Shown piece after piece: positions 1 to 12,724 of a DNA stretch of 64,000 bases. The notes under the pieces were generated by a model. It was not told the DNA's origin and did not search any database. It saw only the letters and a list, made by a program, of their open reading frames with translations. A program made the translations under genes and the position numbers. This DNA is from Eukaryota sp. TZLM1-RC (Eukaryota > Protista > Metamonada: BaSk clade): assembly GCA_040285825.1 (NCBI GenBank), contig JAUPSS010000005.1, positions 682,001 to 746,000 of the forward strand, read 5' to 3'. Positions within the stretch are counted from its first letter, which is position 1, and the number at the start of each line of letters is the position of its first letter.

Positions 1-852
1 TTGGGAGTTTTGGACCAAATTCAACGGGAATCTAAGAAGAGTTTGATTAATTTTGCAAAGGAAATTTGCACGTTGGTTTCCGTTACAAATCTATCAGAAG
101 CATTAGTAGCGGTCAAAAAAATGATTGATTTGATGAGCTTCTCTTTGAAAACTGAAGAATTCTTGTCGAAATTGTTGAATTTGATTAATACCCAAGTTGC
201 ATGTAGTCCATCTCCTCACGTGATGTATCAAAAATTGACTGAGTTGTTCAATCAATTTGACGATCAAAATAGAGTGATTGAGGATGTTATTGAGCTAGTT
301 GCTGGTGTTAAACCCCAAGTTTCGATTGATAATTTGATTGATTGTCTGTATGACGTGATATATGAATCAGAAACGGAAACCTATTCTCCAACCCAGTTAG
401 AAACGCAAATTATGAACCTTTTTGATATTAATGAACGATCGTTTATACTCTCCAAATTAAATTCAATTTATTTAAAATTACAAGAATACTCAAATGTTTT
501 TCATAATTTTAAGCGATATTTAAATTTAAAAGAAAATTCTTCGTTAAAGGATGTGGAATCTGGTTTAGCAAGGATAGTTTCAATGGTGGGTAATGTTGGA
601 TTTAGTCATGATGACGTGGCAACAGGTCAAAATTCAGTGGAATTTGAGCGACTTGGAAGAGAAACTTGTAGACTTTTTGATTGTGATTCTTCACGAGTTT
701 TTGGTAAGTTGAAGGATTTAATTCGACAATTGCATCAGATTAGGCAAGAAAATGAAGAATTCAGCACTGTTTTGGATCATTTAAGAACTTTGCTAAAGGT
801 AAATTCCATTAGTGATTTGGAAAAAAGTATTATTGGGTTATTGGAAAGATGA
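1..852 (+). CDS. 3' part of an alpha-helical/coiled-coil protein of unknown function (5' end outside the window)
   Basis: 283-codon open frame from base 1 to TGA at 852; Leu/Glu/Ile-rich heptad-like segments; no recognisable catalytic motif. Confidence 0.6.
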   Translation: MGVLDQIQRESKKSLINFAKEICTLVSVTNLSEALVAVKKMIDLMSFSLKTEEFLSKLLNLINTQVACSPSPHVMYQKLTELFNQFDDQNRVIEDVIELVAGVKPQVSIDNLIDCLYDVIYESETETYSPTQLETQIMNLFDINERSFILSKLNSIYLKLQEYSNVFHNFKRYLNLKENSSLKDVESGLARIVSMVGNVGFSHDDVATGQNSVEFERLGRETCRLFDCDSSRVFGKLKDLIRQLHQIRQENEEFSTVLDHLRTLLKVNSISDLEKSIIGLLER

Positions 853-2525
853 ATATTTGTCTAAGTTTTTGATTATCACGTTATTGATGATATATCATGA
901 CGTCACAATTGATGACGTGGCGGATAATTGAGGGCGCTTACAGGTTGTATAGCTTTGTTTTGATATCTAATTTGGTTTTTCTCTTTGTAATTATCTTATC
1001 TTTTCTTTAATAACATTGTGTATTTTTTTCTGCATTGTTAAAGGTAAAATTGGATGTCAAATCAATTTAATGGAGTTTTAATTTAACTTTTCCATTTATT
1101 TCAATTGGAATTTGTAGTTTAGCTAATTAAGAACATAAATTAAATGTCTGTAGTACTTGTTTTCACAATTCACATAGCCAGTTTCTCAATCGAATAAGAT
1201 ATTGGGGTTTAGGCTGTGCTTGCTTACAAGGAAAAATTTGTTTGTCAAGGTCATAACCCTACAAAATTATATACTTGCTCGGTGTTCAAACTTTAAAACA
1301 ATCAATTCTTTTCTTCATTTTGTATAGGGGTTTGAAACAGATGTACTGTGTTTCACAAATGAACGTCATCAGCAATGACCTTGTTGTTGAGTTTTCAATA
1401 CAATTCAGATACAAGTTGCTATTGGTTGGTAGCTGTACTGAAAATAATGAAAATATACCTCCAGGTAAAAAGAGACGTTCATTATAGGTTAACAATAAAC
1501 TTTATGGACCTGAAATATTGAATGGGTTGCTCAAGACTGATTTGTCAATCTGCAAAACTTCTATAACAGAAAAACTATGGGTAGACGTTGAATTTTTTGG
1601 AGTAACCTCCAAAATTGAATTCAGCCAAAAATCATGAAGAGGGAGATGTAATACGTAGATTATTTACATTTGTTTCACAGCAAATTCTTAAGCTCAATAA
1701 GGTCATTATTGTTGCATTGTTCGACAAATGGATTTCAATTGAATTCTCAATCACATTATCAAGGTCCCTGAATAGCTGATCTTTTACGACATTACATGAA
1801 AGTTTCCAAATTTTTGATCACATCATTTTTCTCATCATCCCCTGCACTCAACCCCTGTATTAGTCTCACTGGCCTGTGATGTCTCTGAATCCAAAACTCC
1901 AATATATATAAAACAAAAAATTAAAGAGAACATGTGGAAAGGGAACGTGGCAGTCGAAGCTAAACACTGACTTCACGCAAAATACTGTGAAGTGAAATAC
2001 TATGGTTGTTCGAATTATGGCTCTCTTTTTTAACGATTGTTCAATTCATTGTGGGAGCAGTATTTCATCAATGAAGGTGTTGTAATGGTGTCTCAAAGGT
2101 CAATTCTTATGATAAGGTGACATCATGCAGTGCCCATCTTATACATTATGGTTTTTTCCATCATCATTTGTTACTATTTGGTGGTGGTTCCTCTGCTTAC
2201 GAAATATTTTGGAAAATATATTGAATTTATTTTTTTGTGGACTCTCTTATTTCTGTTGAAAGAACTATATTGAAGGGGTGGAGATTTCATTCCAAGATAA
2301 AGCGTCGACCCAGAAACAAGAGAATGTGACACTTGTTATGGTGAATTTCAATACAAAGACAGAGTTGAAAGAATGAATTTCAGGAATAAGTGATTTAACT
2401 AAAAGGAAATAAGGAGGCAAAAGGAAGCACAACTTTCCTATTGAAGGTCAGGAAAACCATCAAGTCAGAATTGATGTTGAGGTAAAGGATAGAGCAGAAA
2501 TTTTGAATAAGAATAACGGACCTTT

Positions 2526-2762
2526 TTGAATGACTTCCAAAAAATGGTGCATGAAAAAACAATGAAAAGATTTGATATTTTTTTATGGCGTTCTCGGATT
2601 CAATTTGCCTTTATTTATAGAATACCTCGGTTTTTCAATCGAATAAGAGAAGCTTTCGCTAGACAGCAAGCAGATCAAGATTTTGTAGAGGAAATCTTGG
2701 TTCAATGAATTTCGTCCCATTAGTTATGCAATATTTTCATTAAGTGTGCAAGATCAATAAAT
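2526..2762 (+). mobile_element. 3'-terminal remnant of a CRE-like RLE non-LTR retrotransposon
   Basis: Near-identical to 57975-58215, which follows an RLE endonuclease domain, and to 44700-44890 (reverse); ORF end followed by AATAAA. Confidence 0.7.
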
Positions 2763-3065
2763 ATAAAAACACGGTTTCCAAAATATATGAGAATTGTTAG
2801 TTGAAGAATGAGAGAGCATCTCTACACAAGAAGCAGCAAAAAACAATAATGAACTCTGTCATTTATTTACAAAATAATTTACATAAGCAGTCCGTCACAG
2901 ATATTGTGATTTCCCCCAATCGCCTAAAATGAAAAATTTACTGAGGTCCAATCAAATAATGAATCGTTAGGATAACCAATTGCTACCGCTTTCCAGTGAA
3001 TATGGAAACAAAACTCATGGGACTTGCTTCTTTAGGTTCGTGGAAGCAGTTCTTCATTGTACTTA

Positions 3066-3608
3066 CTATTGATGGGAATTGCAATTCCCTTGTAGGTGCA
3101 TTCGACGCATCCTTTCCTTCTTTAGGAACGTAGTATTTCTTCGTGCATCTTGTCGCTGATCAAAGAGGGCTTTTGACAATTTATTTTCTAGTTCTTGGCT
3201 ACGCGCTTCGAGAGCACTGATTCTTTCCTGCAACTCTGTTGTAGCAGTGGGAGGATCTGATCTACTAACCGTCATATCATCGCTTCTCTGGGACGGACAA
3301 GGTTCTGACATATCTTCTGGGAGAGCATCCTGACAACTTGTTGCCAGATTGGACACTTCGCCTGTATTCGTGGAGGAAGAACGCCGTAGAATTTCGATCA
3401 TATTTCGAAGAGCTATATCGATACTGAAATGGTTGGAGCCGATAGATTGGCGGCAAACTGGGCAACTGGCGCTATGTTGCATCCATTGCAAGATGCAGCA
3501 ACGACAGTGGCTATGGCCACAGTTTAATGTGGTTGGTTCCACCATCAATTCTTTACAAGTTGAACATGAGAGTGAAGAAGAGATTACATCATATGACTGT
3601 CCCAACAT
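3066..3608 (-). CDS. RING-HC (C3HC4) zinc-finger protein with coiled coil, putative E3 ligase; C-terminally shortened paralog of 7492-8154
   Basis: CSTC...CGHSHCRCC...CPVCR followed by IALRNMIE and coiled coil ELQERISALEARSQELENKL. Confidence 0.8.
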   Translation of the reverse strand: MLGQSYDVISSSLSCSTCKELMVEPTTLNCGHSHCRCCILQWMQHSASCPVCRQSIGSNHFSIDIALRNMIEILRRSSSTNTGEVSNLATSCQDALPEDMSEPCPSQRSDDMTVSRSDPPTATTELQERISALEARSQELENKLSKALFDQRQDARRNTTFLKKERMRRMHLQGNCNSHQ

Positions 3609-4020
3609 AAGGAAGGGGAGTAATGAAGCTCAATTAATATTGAAAGTTGATCTTGTTTTCATTCAATTACAAATTTTGATCAAGAAATTTCCGATTCATA
3701 TGTAAGAATTGATCTTCATCTTAATGCGAGTAAATTCCTTCTTATTGGTTCTTCTCCTTAGGATCATATGATAAACGATTCTGTTGTCCCTTATACTACC
3801 TACACGGTGATGTTTAATTGTTTTGTTTAAATTTTGGGGTTACTGGTAAGGAAATGTGCCTCAAATTCAGAATGAATTACAAGTTGTTTTCGAAAAAATA
3901 AAAAATGAACTTGATTCAATTTCTTTCTACGCAAAGTTCTACTATTTTTGCATTAAAGGAAATTTCAAAAATCGATAAAAATGGAGTCGATGCTTTCCCC
4001 AATCATTCAATGGCAATATT

Positions 4021-4700
4021 CCAGAAAAAAATGTTTTAAATTTGAAGTACACTCTTCGAACATTACAGAAACGATTGACTGGCATGTATGAAAATGATCT
4101 TTCTAAAAATATATGCAGCTCAGCTGTTTGAAATCAAGATCTCCACTCATTGCTATTGGAAAAAGGTGTTTGTGAAAATTTGTTATCAAATTCGTCACTG
4201 TTTGTGACCATTTTGCCACAAAGATTCGGGACGTATGCTAATTGTGAAGCATTTGTAACAAAAATGACATCATATTGGAATATTCCCATTAATCAAATAT
4301 TATTCAAAGAAAAATGTATTTGTTCGAATTCACCACAGCTTACTTTGCGTCATACTATGAATTGTTCGAAATTGATAACTTATCGTTCTTGATTACTTGA
4401 TGATGTTAGAGACACCGTTGTTGATGTGGTACGAACTGCAAGAATCACGTGTATCAAAGAACCTCTGCTGAAAAAACACCGTCATTGAATAATTTTAATT
4501 TCTGATCATAGAGGTGATGTCTATTGTGATTGGACTGAGAACTTTGAAGCTGATGTTGACATTGCCTCCTGTGATGTTGCAAATGATACTTTGGATCAAA
4601 GAAGAAAACTAAATTTAGTAGGTGCTCTTGAATATAAAAATAAACAAAAATCTTGGCAATATAACAAGAAAATTGAAGAAGCTAATGCTGATAAAAGTTG
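4021..4700 (+). mobile_element. Degraded CRE-like non-LTR retrotransposon fragment (Zn knuckle + RLE)
   Basis: CICSNSPQLTLRHTMNC, then EP, RGD, D motifs broken by stops; homologous to 57426-57900. Confidence 0.7.
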
Positions 4701-4934
4701 TGAAATTTGAAAAAATTTTTGCAGGAAAATTACCCTTGAATGATTGGGAAAAGCATCGGCTCCATTTTTCTTCCTGAATTTTTGAAATTTCGAAGATAAA
4801 CATGATCAGGAATTTGGAACATTTTACATCCTTGTAATTGTGACAAGACTGTTTCACGTAACTCATCAAACTTCTGGGCATAAGGTTCAGTGATAAGATG
4901 ATTTGTGGATAGAAATATATGGTTAAAGCTTTTT

Positions 4935-5690
4935 TTAATAAATAAATGTTTATTGAGATAAAAATCTATCTAGAATTCAATATCCTCCAAACAAGCGTCA
5001 CTATTACTGAACCTACTCACAGCATTACGTTCATATTCTACACCAATAGCTAAAAGTGCCTTTGAAATCATTGTTGGAATAGACTTGAAAATGCAAAATA
5101 CAATTCTATTTAACCTAAAAGTGGAGCTCATTGTTTTACCAGACCTATTCAGTAACACTTTTTTAAAATTTTCAAACAAGTGCAACCCTGAAGGTCCAAT
5201 ATTGCCAAAAAGAGAAATTGCAAACGGCACAAACTGATATTTCACATATTCCACTCTACCTAACTGTGCCAAAGGTTCTTCATATTTTTTTATCTTCTTT
5301 TTTTCGGCGTTAAATAACGGCGAATCAGCGGAATACACTAAACGAGCAGCAAAATTTTTGCAAACATCAACTGAGACAACATCTACAACATTGAGAACAC
5401 CATCGATCCCTGGAGTTCCTAAATCTGCCCTTCTTTTACCAAAGGAATCATCAGTTTGATCTGAAGACAGCTTACACACTAGTGGCTCAATAAATACCTC
5501 TATATTGAAACTGTTGCACATGGCATATAATTGATCACGAACTGAGTCATGAACAATTGAGCGATAAGTTATAAAATACTTACAGTTTAAAATATGGGAA
5601 AGCGTAACAACACTCTTGCAGCGACAAATTAAATCATTTAAAGTATGGTTAAAGCTGGAACTAAAACATAGTCTTATAATGGTAAATATG
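4935..5690 (-). mobile_element. CRE-like non-LTR retrotransposon 3' end with restriction-like endonuclease (RLE) domain
   Basis: CRC...HILNC..RSIVHD upstream of ORF 4970-5521, which has EP, RRAD, VVDV, KKIKKY, FVPFAISLFG; followed by AATAAA and an A-rich tail. Confidence 0.8.
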
Positions 5691-6229
5691 ACATGGTTTC
5701 GTATTAAAATTTCATCATTAAGTTAAATGTTTCGGAAAATCAGTTCAATTTTTCAAACAATTCTTTGGTAATTTCATCATTATCACTTATTTGTTAAATA
5801 GGCAACATTTTAGCTGTTTCAGATTTCAAGATTTCGCTGTTTGTTTTGTGCTTTGGTGATAATGTTGGTTGTTGCGCATTAAAAAGCGCGGATGAAGTTA
5901 ATCGCTCAACTGATGAGACGAAGGGGCAGCAAAGTTTTAAAAATTCTAAGCAACAGACATAGTTCATAATTATAGTTATTTTAATTGGCAATAGTTGATT
6001 ATTCTGGGTATAGAAATGCATCTTTCTAACAGACACCCTATCTAGTTGATCCAGCTTTCTATAGACTATTGGAATTTACCCAACATTGAATGTTTGTTTA
6101 ACAGTTAAGTGAACCATGTTAAAAACCAGTGTTCTGTAGTGCGTTGGTGCGATTGGTTCGACAAATGTTTCAGTTGCTGCGTACCCAACTAAACATGATT
6201 GTTGCCAGCCAATTAAGTCATGAAATTCC

Positions 6230-7055
6230 AAACCGATCTCTTTTTAATGTGCAGTTTTGCTGTAAAAAGCTTCAACAAAAATTGTCAAAGATTGTTGAAA
6301 ACTTGGATTTTGTTGTTAGACTTGGCTTGGCCAAGAAAAAGAATCCCGCTTTCGCAAATGTTTTACAAAATATGGGTGATATTTAATTTGTAAATGTTGT
6401 CGAAAAATTACAATTACTCATTTGTTAAATTGTAAACATTTTAGTACTTTTAGAAACAAGGTTCATGATGCTGCAAGAGACCAGTTATATTGTATATGTA
6501 ATTCTCATAGAATTAAATCCTTTTTGGAATATCTGTTGTCAAATCTGTTTGATACTGAAGATGATTTTCATAAGAATAATAGAGGTGATGTTATATTACC
6601 TGGATTAGATGGAACCTTCATTTTATTAGATGTAATGTCTGTTGATCCTTGTATTGTGTCAAATGAAGGGCTTGTTAATTCTGAAATTCATAATCCTTTT
6701 TCAAATGTTTAAAATTTCAAAATGAAAAAAATACAGCGAACGTTTGTCAAATTGTCCAGCCAACAGCATACAAAATACAATTTGTATCCATTTGTATATT
6801 CTCTTTTTGGTTCACTTTCTGCAACGGCTATACATTTTTTGGCAGATTTTGAAATGATTGTAATGAGATGAACTAACAGAAATTTCAACACTTTGTTTTG
6901 GCATGGGATTGTGTTTTCTGTTTTTAAAAGAATGTTGAAGATGGTTTCTGATGCATTGCTTTCTTTTGGATCTCACTATGAGAGAGTTGCAATTACTTGT
7001 TATGTTTTGGCAGAGATGGAATATAGATGTTGATTCATAAGTTTTCTAATAAATG
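6230..7055 (+). mobile_element. Degraded CRE-like RLE retrotransposon 3' end
   Basis: HLLNCKHF..RNKVHD, RGD, LLDV, YPFVYSLFGSL motifs with frameshifts; AATAAA at end; homologous to 9680-10050 (reverse). Confidence 0.75.
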
Positions 7056-7491
7056 AATTCTATTTCACAAAAATAAACAAATTTTGCCAAAAATTTCAAT
7101 GGTTTTTGAAGGAAATATGATGCTACGGTGGTTCTTAAAAGTAAAATAAATTAAATTACAAGAATTAATGGTTCAAATATAAAGAAATAATGAGGCAAAA
7201 GAAAACAGAACTCTTCAATGATGGAGGAACACTATCAAATCAAACTTGATGTTGAGGTGAAGGATAGAGCGAAGGTCAATATATTTATATAGAATACATA
7301 ATGAGTTTCAACTACCATTATTTTACCAATGTTGTTTGTTGTTTGTAAGACGATCTATATGCAAGATAAAGTGAAACAAAAAAATGAACTGTGTCGTTTA
7401 TTTACAAATAATTTCCATAAACATCCCGTAATGGATATTATGATTTTCCCTCAAACTCCTAGAATGAAGAATTTATTGGGGTTCATTCAAA

Positions 7492-8154
7492 TTATGAACG
7501 GTTAGGATAGTGAACCACATACTGCCGCTTTCCAGTGAACAAAGAAACAAAACTCAACGGAGCTGTTTCTTTGAGTTCAGTGTAAGCAGCAGATTTTCTG
7601 GTTTCAGAATACAGTTGTTGGTGGGAATTGTAATTCCCTTGTAGGTGCATTCGAAGCGTCCTTTCCTTCTTTAGAAAAGCAGCAATTCTTCGTGCATCTT
7701 GTCGACGATCAAAGAGAACCTTCGACAATTTATGATGAAGCTCCTGGATACGCGATTCGAGAGCGCTGATTCTTTCATACTGACCGGTGGTAGCAGTAGG
7801 AGAATCTGATCCACTGAGCATCTTATCGTCACACCAGAGAGAGCGACCAAGTTGAAATATGTCCTTTGGTAGAGCGTCCTGGATTGCGACAGGGTTGGCC
7901 TCTTCACAAGTCTTCCGAGAGGAAGAAGTCCGCAGAAGCTCGATCATATCGCGTAAAGCGATATTGACACTTAAACGGCTGGAGCTAATCGATTCGCGGC
8001 AACATTGGCAACTGGATCTTTGCTGCATGTACCGCGTAATGCAGCCACGGCAATGGCTGTGGCCGCAGAACAGAGTGGTGGGAACCACCATTAATTCTGA
8101 GCAAGTTTGGCATGAGAGCGAGTCAATGAGTTCTTCGTATTGCCCTCCCAGCAT
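7492..8154 (-). CDS. RING-HC (C3HC4) zinc-finger protein with coiled coil, putative E3 ligase
   Basis: CQTC...CGHSHCRGC...CQCCR, VNIALRDMIE, coiled coil; clear paralog of 3066-3608 including flanking DNA. Confidence 0.8.
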   Translation of the reverse strand: MLGGQYEELIDSLSCQTCSELMVVPTTLFCGHSHCRGCITRYMQQRSSCQCCRESISSSRLSVNIALRDMIELLRTSSSRKTCEEANPVAIQDALPKDIFQLGRSLWCDDKMLSGSDSPTATTGQYERISALESRIQELHHKLSKVLFDRRQDARRIAAFLKKERTLRMHLQGNYNSHQQLYSETRKSAAYTELKETAPLSFVSLFTGKRQYVVHYPNRS

Positions 8155-8309
8155 TAGGGAGAATCAGCATTTTTTAATTTTCCATCTTGAAACCCTTCAT
8201 TTTGCAAATATCTCCACAACATCATCAACTAGCTACTACATAGACGAGTGCCTCTCTCAGGCGGAATCGTCTTCAGCTCTTGTTCTAGTACACGATCTAC
8301 ATTTTTGTT

Positions 8310-9514
8310 AGATTACTGCAATAATCTATTCTGTATCATACCAAAAGAAGATGGTTTTCGCGTAGAACTCATTGCACGTATGTTATAAGCTCCTCGATGT
8401 CGATAAAGTACTCTTTCAACAACTTTAACACTATTCCAGAACGATACTCCTTTTGATAAACAGTTGCACAAAAGCAACATTATTATTATTTTCTTCGTTA
8501 CTCGTTGATGTTGTCGATCATCGGATGATTCACAGGGAAATAAGCATCTGTACCATCTCAAATAAACCAGCAGGAACTTTCTGTAGCTCTGGCCTTTACA
8601 AGCTTAAATTTGCTTTAAACATAGTTCAAAGGCACTTTTCTACCATTCCTGGATAGCACTATCAGAAGATGTGAAGGGGACAACGGGAATTTTGGATCAT
8701 TAGGCATGAAACGAAAGTAAGAATTTGGCAACATGCCTGAAATACACTAGGGACAAGATCAATAAATCTCATCATTCATCTCCAAAAAATCAATGCTTAA
8801 TCAACGCAAAAGCTGTAACACAGTTAGTCGTAATTTACATTCTTTTACAATTGAATTCACGATTAACAAATTAGATTTGATTTGATTTTATCCAACAACA
8901 ATTCAACATCTCTTTGCTGATCAACAAGTTTTGCAATCTTTCTAATCTTCTCTATCCATACCAATGATTTGCACGAATACCCAGCTTTACCCTCTTTACT
9001 TCCCAATGCTACACAAACTCATCTCGTGGGTTGTTGTAATAGTTATCGCACAATGTCGGTACATCCAATGCCTTCCCTTTTCTGTTTTGCATTGATTTCT
9101 CGCTCTTAACCCTAACCCTAACCCTAGCCCTAACTCTAGCCCACATTATGTTGCTTTTCATTAAGAAAGATGTCACCTGTATTTCTTCTTGTTCTTGTGT
9201 TCTTTGTTGGACTCAAGTCATTCTCTTCAAAGCATGTGGTGACAGCGTAATCTGTCCTTCATTGGCTAAACCTATCTGTGCTTCAAAATGCTTGTGTTAA
9301 GATGATTTTCTTTAATTACCTAGTTTTGTTTATTTCATTTCAGAATAGTTTTATTATTTTAGTAATTGTTGCTGGAATTCTAGGTTATTTTGACACCGAA
9401 TTCCAACAATAGTTCTGGGATTGTTGGATTTTGTTGAAGTGTTGGTAGTGCTTTTGTTTAAAATGTACTGGAATTCTGAAATTGTTGGAATTTAGTATCT
9501 GTTAATTCTACCCC
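8310..9514 (-). mobile_element. Possible heavily decayed DNA transposon (pogo/DDE_1-like remnant)
   Basis: Stop-riddled frame resembling DDE_1 (QEW.KSAF...KFLLVYL/DG); clustered GGAATT/TGTTGG repeats at 9370-9500 resemble subterminal repeats. Confidence 0.3.
9107..9142 (-). repeat. Interstitial telomere-like (TTAGGG)n tract
   Basis: Plus strand TAACCC x3 followed by TAGCCC TAACTC TAGCCC. Confidence 0.75.
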
Positions 9515-9614
9515 AATGATGAAATCATCTTTTCAATTGTTTATTTTTCGGCTGTTATTCTTCTTTATTAAATATATATTGTATACTTCAAATTGGTCTT
9601 TATCATCATTTCTT

Positions 9615-9678
9615 TGAAGCTGTGGGAGTTGAACCCTTGACTTTAGGTAATTCGTCCAACACTGTTTCTTTACACTAC
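9615..9678 (-). pseudogene. 5'-truncated tRNA-like sequence (pseudo-tRNA or SINE head)
   Basis: Minus strand GTAGTGTAAAG (A-box-like) and GGGTTCAACTCCCACAGCTTCA (B-box/T-arm and acceptor-like 3' strand) at tRNA-like spacing; stems imperfect. Confidence 0.4.
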
Positions 9679-9679
9679 T

Positions 9680-10050
9680 TTATTTTTTTAACAACCAATA
9701 AATCAACATCTAAATAATCCATCTCTCCAAAAACAAAAACACTAGATGCAACTCTCTCATAGTGAGATCCAAGAGAAAGCAAAGCATCAGAAACCATCTT
9801 CAACATCCCCTCAAAAATAGAAAAAACATTTTTTTTGCCAAAATCATCTGTTGAAATTTCTGTTAGTTCTCTTTACTATCATTTCAAAATCATCCAAAAA
9901 ACGTAAAGCAGTTGGTGCAAGTGAACCAAGAAGGGAAAATACAAATGGATACAAATTGTGTTTTGTATCCTGTTGACTGGACAATTTGGACAAACGTTCA
10001 TTGTATTTTTTAATTTTGCAATTTTTAGCATTTGAAAGAAGATCAACACT
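9680..10050 (-). mobile_element. 5'-truncated CRE-like retrotransposon 3' end
   Basis: KIKKYNE...YPFVFSLLGSLAP RLE tail, acidic C-terminus, A-rich tail; same family as 6230-7055. Confidence 0.7.
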
Positions 10051-10289
10051 GTTTTTGTTCATTTCTAGTTTGTATCGAGTTTATCATAAATCTAATACTG
10101 GTTCATTTATCAATCAATACCTAAGATTCAACCTTGGATTTCACCAATGTCAAAACTTTAGGTCCAGTTGGTTTCAATGGTAATGTTATTATTGGATGTG
10201 CAATTGATAAGCAACTTGATATCTTTGTTACATCTTATGTTGATGTTGTTTAATTTTTTCATGTTTCCTGTATTTTGAAACATTAACAC

Positions 10290-10800
10290 AGCAACTCAAC
10301 AAACAAATAGAACTCAATATCCTGAATACACGCATCAACATCATCAAACCTATTCAATGCGCAATTTTCATCCTCTATTCCTAATTGTAACAATGAATGG
10401 TTATGATTTCAGGAATTGCTTAATGTGAACAAAACAATTCTTTTGAGCCAGAAATTAAAATTCAACATTTCTCCTACTCTTTCCTTTATTAAATCTGTGA
10501 AATTTTCGACAAATTTAATACAAGATACTCCAGAGAAACAGCAAATGGAACCAACTGATACTTGACATGCTCAACACGCCTAAGCTGAGATAAAGGCTTT
10601 TTGTACTTTTGTATTTTGCTCTGTTCAGCAAAGCAAAGTGGAGTTTCATCCTTTTTGCAAAATCAATTGCTTATTCTTTACAAACATCAACAGTGACAAC
10701 ATCAACAACTTTGATTATACCATCAGCAGCAGGAATAATTAAATCAGCATGACGTTTCCCAAAAGCATTATCATCTTCATTTATATTTTGTTGGTTGCAA
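10290..10800 (-). mobile_element. Degraded CRE-like RLE fragment
   Basis: FGKRHADLIIP..VVDV..KIQKY; same family as 4970-5521; ends DACIQDIEF. Confidence 0.7.
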
Positions 10801-11002
10801 CTCTTAATCTCATTCTCAAGGATTGATTTCTTGGCCGTGGCTAACATGAAATTCTAAGTTTTCAAACATCTTTGACAACTTTGGTTGATGTATTTGGCAA
10901 CAAGACTGAGACTGCGTGATGTAGAATTAGGTTCAGTGGTGGACTAACCCATCAATCGCCAAGAATTAATACTATGTCACAGACACTACATTTATTTTTC
11001 AA

Positions 11003-11400
11003 GTGTTGTGTATTTGTTTTTTCAACTCAATTTCCGATAAAATTGACCGAATGATGACTTTAGATATACAGAAACATATCAAATTTGCCATTATAAGACT
11101 GTGTTTTAGTTCCATTTTTGATCATATATTTCGATCTACAAATCCTCTCGTCACTAGTCCTTTGGCTCAGAAGTTTAATGAATTACGTAAAATAGTTTTG
11201 TCACAAGTACTGGGATGTAAATTGTTTCAAATTCCAGATCATGCTTACCTTAGTCCACATTTTGGTGGTTAATGTTGGACGAAGGCTTCTATTCTTACTT
11301 CGTGTGCTTATATTGGTGGATGCAGAAATCCAATTTTAGAGTTTTGTGAAAGATTTGCCGATTGGGAAGATATATTGATGACTATGCCGAGTCAAATCGA
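11003..11400 (+). mobile_element. Fragment of CRE-like RT C-terminal (thumb) region
   Basis: IIRLCFSS.FDHIFRS...AYLSPHFGG, homologous to the post-RT region at 56480-56720. Confidence 0.55.
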
Positions 11401-11814
11401 TATAGTAGATTGATCAACACAAGGTGCTGAGTTCCATTACATCTTACTCTTATTATTCTTTAGACGATTTGTATCTCTGCACCAACAACTTCTCTATGTT
11501 CATACTTCTCCTCATTTCACATGACTATATTCACACCGCATCTCGTCCCTCCCTTGGTTTCTCCCTTCCCATTTTCTCCTCTGCGATACACCGAAAGAAT
11601 GCAATACACGAATCAATTCACCCGCAACTCAAATCCATTTTTGCTTCGTACGAGTACAGAGGACAACAGACGGATCCCTCAATGTGAAGATTCTTCACAA
11701 TTCATCCTTGTTTCAACTCTCTGTCCCCAACCATTTGGGTTTGTACCTTATCTTTACTACTGGGAATCAAACCCTGGACCAGCATTTGGTTTCACTGTTG
11801 GTTAATTATTTTGA

Positions 11815-12410
11815 TCAATGTCAAAACTTTAGGTCCAGTTGATTCTGATGGTAATGTTATTAGTGGATGTGATAATGATCAACCTCTTATTATTATTATG
11901 TAGATGTTGGTTGTCAATCTCAATCTATTGTTGTTACTGATTCTACCATTGATTTAGAAACTGTTCTTGTTCGTGATTCAACTGCTACTGATGGTCACTT
12001 TGAATTAACCAAAACTACTTTGACAATGAATAACAAAATATTTCAACTTTGCATTTATTTAAATTTCTCAACCTATGTCATTTTGACTTGGTATTTAAGG
12101 TGTTTGGTTAACCTGGAAGTATTCTTAGGTTGATCTAATTCATTTCATTTATGGGGTTAATTTTCTCCATAGCCAATTTTATTTGTTGTTCTATTTTTTT
12201 TATTTTTCGTTTTTTGCTTTAATACTGGATCGATTTTTAGAGTCTCCACCAAATATTGGGAGTAATTCTTTTTATTTAGATTCTCTATTGATATACACAC
12301 AAACGACTGCGTAACCATCAATCATTCAGTTTTAAACTGTTTGAGGTTGATTACGGTCAAGAAAGATCTGATCACGTGTGTCTGTAAAGTCTACATGTTT
12401 TTGGATATTT
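11815..12410 (+). repeat. Composite dispersed repeat, inverted copy at 43370-43960; contains a fragment of a Gly/Asp/Asn-rich surface-protein-like repeat
   Basis: Peptide TLGPVDSDGNVISGC.ND.PL...STIDLETVLVRDSTA.DG also at 10095-10250 (+, partial) and 43690-43960 (-); 12240-12410 matches 43370-43540 in reverse. Confidence 0.75.
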
Positions 12411-12724
12411 CTATGTTTTGTGTTTTTCTACATGCGATTGCTTTAGTTTTCTTATCTATTGTTATTTTTTGCAATACCTTTCATTCAGGATTTCATGATC
12501 ATACGTTTTTATACCAATGCCAATTTGTTCGTCAAATGTTGGAAAATTGTTACGATTAGTTTAAAGAAACAGATTCTTGACTTGACGTAACCGAAAAACA
12601 GACTTTTTTCTTTGGTTCATCTCTTCTCCAACTTTCATTTTTCACAATATGCATCAATATTTTTCCAATATATTGAGCATACCTCATTTGTATATTAACT
12701 TCTCAATTCGTTTTAATGGTTTTT

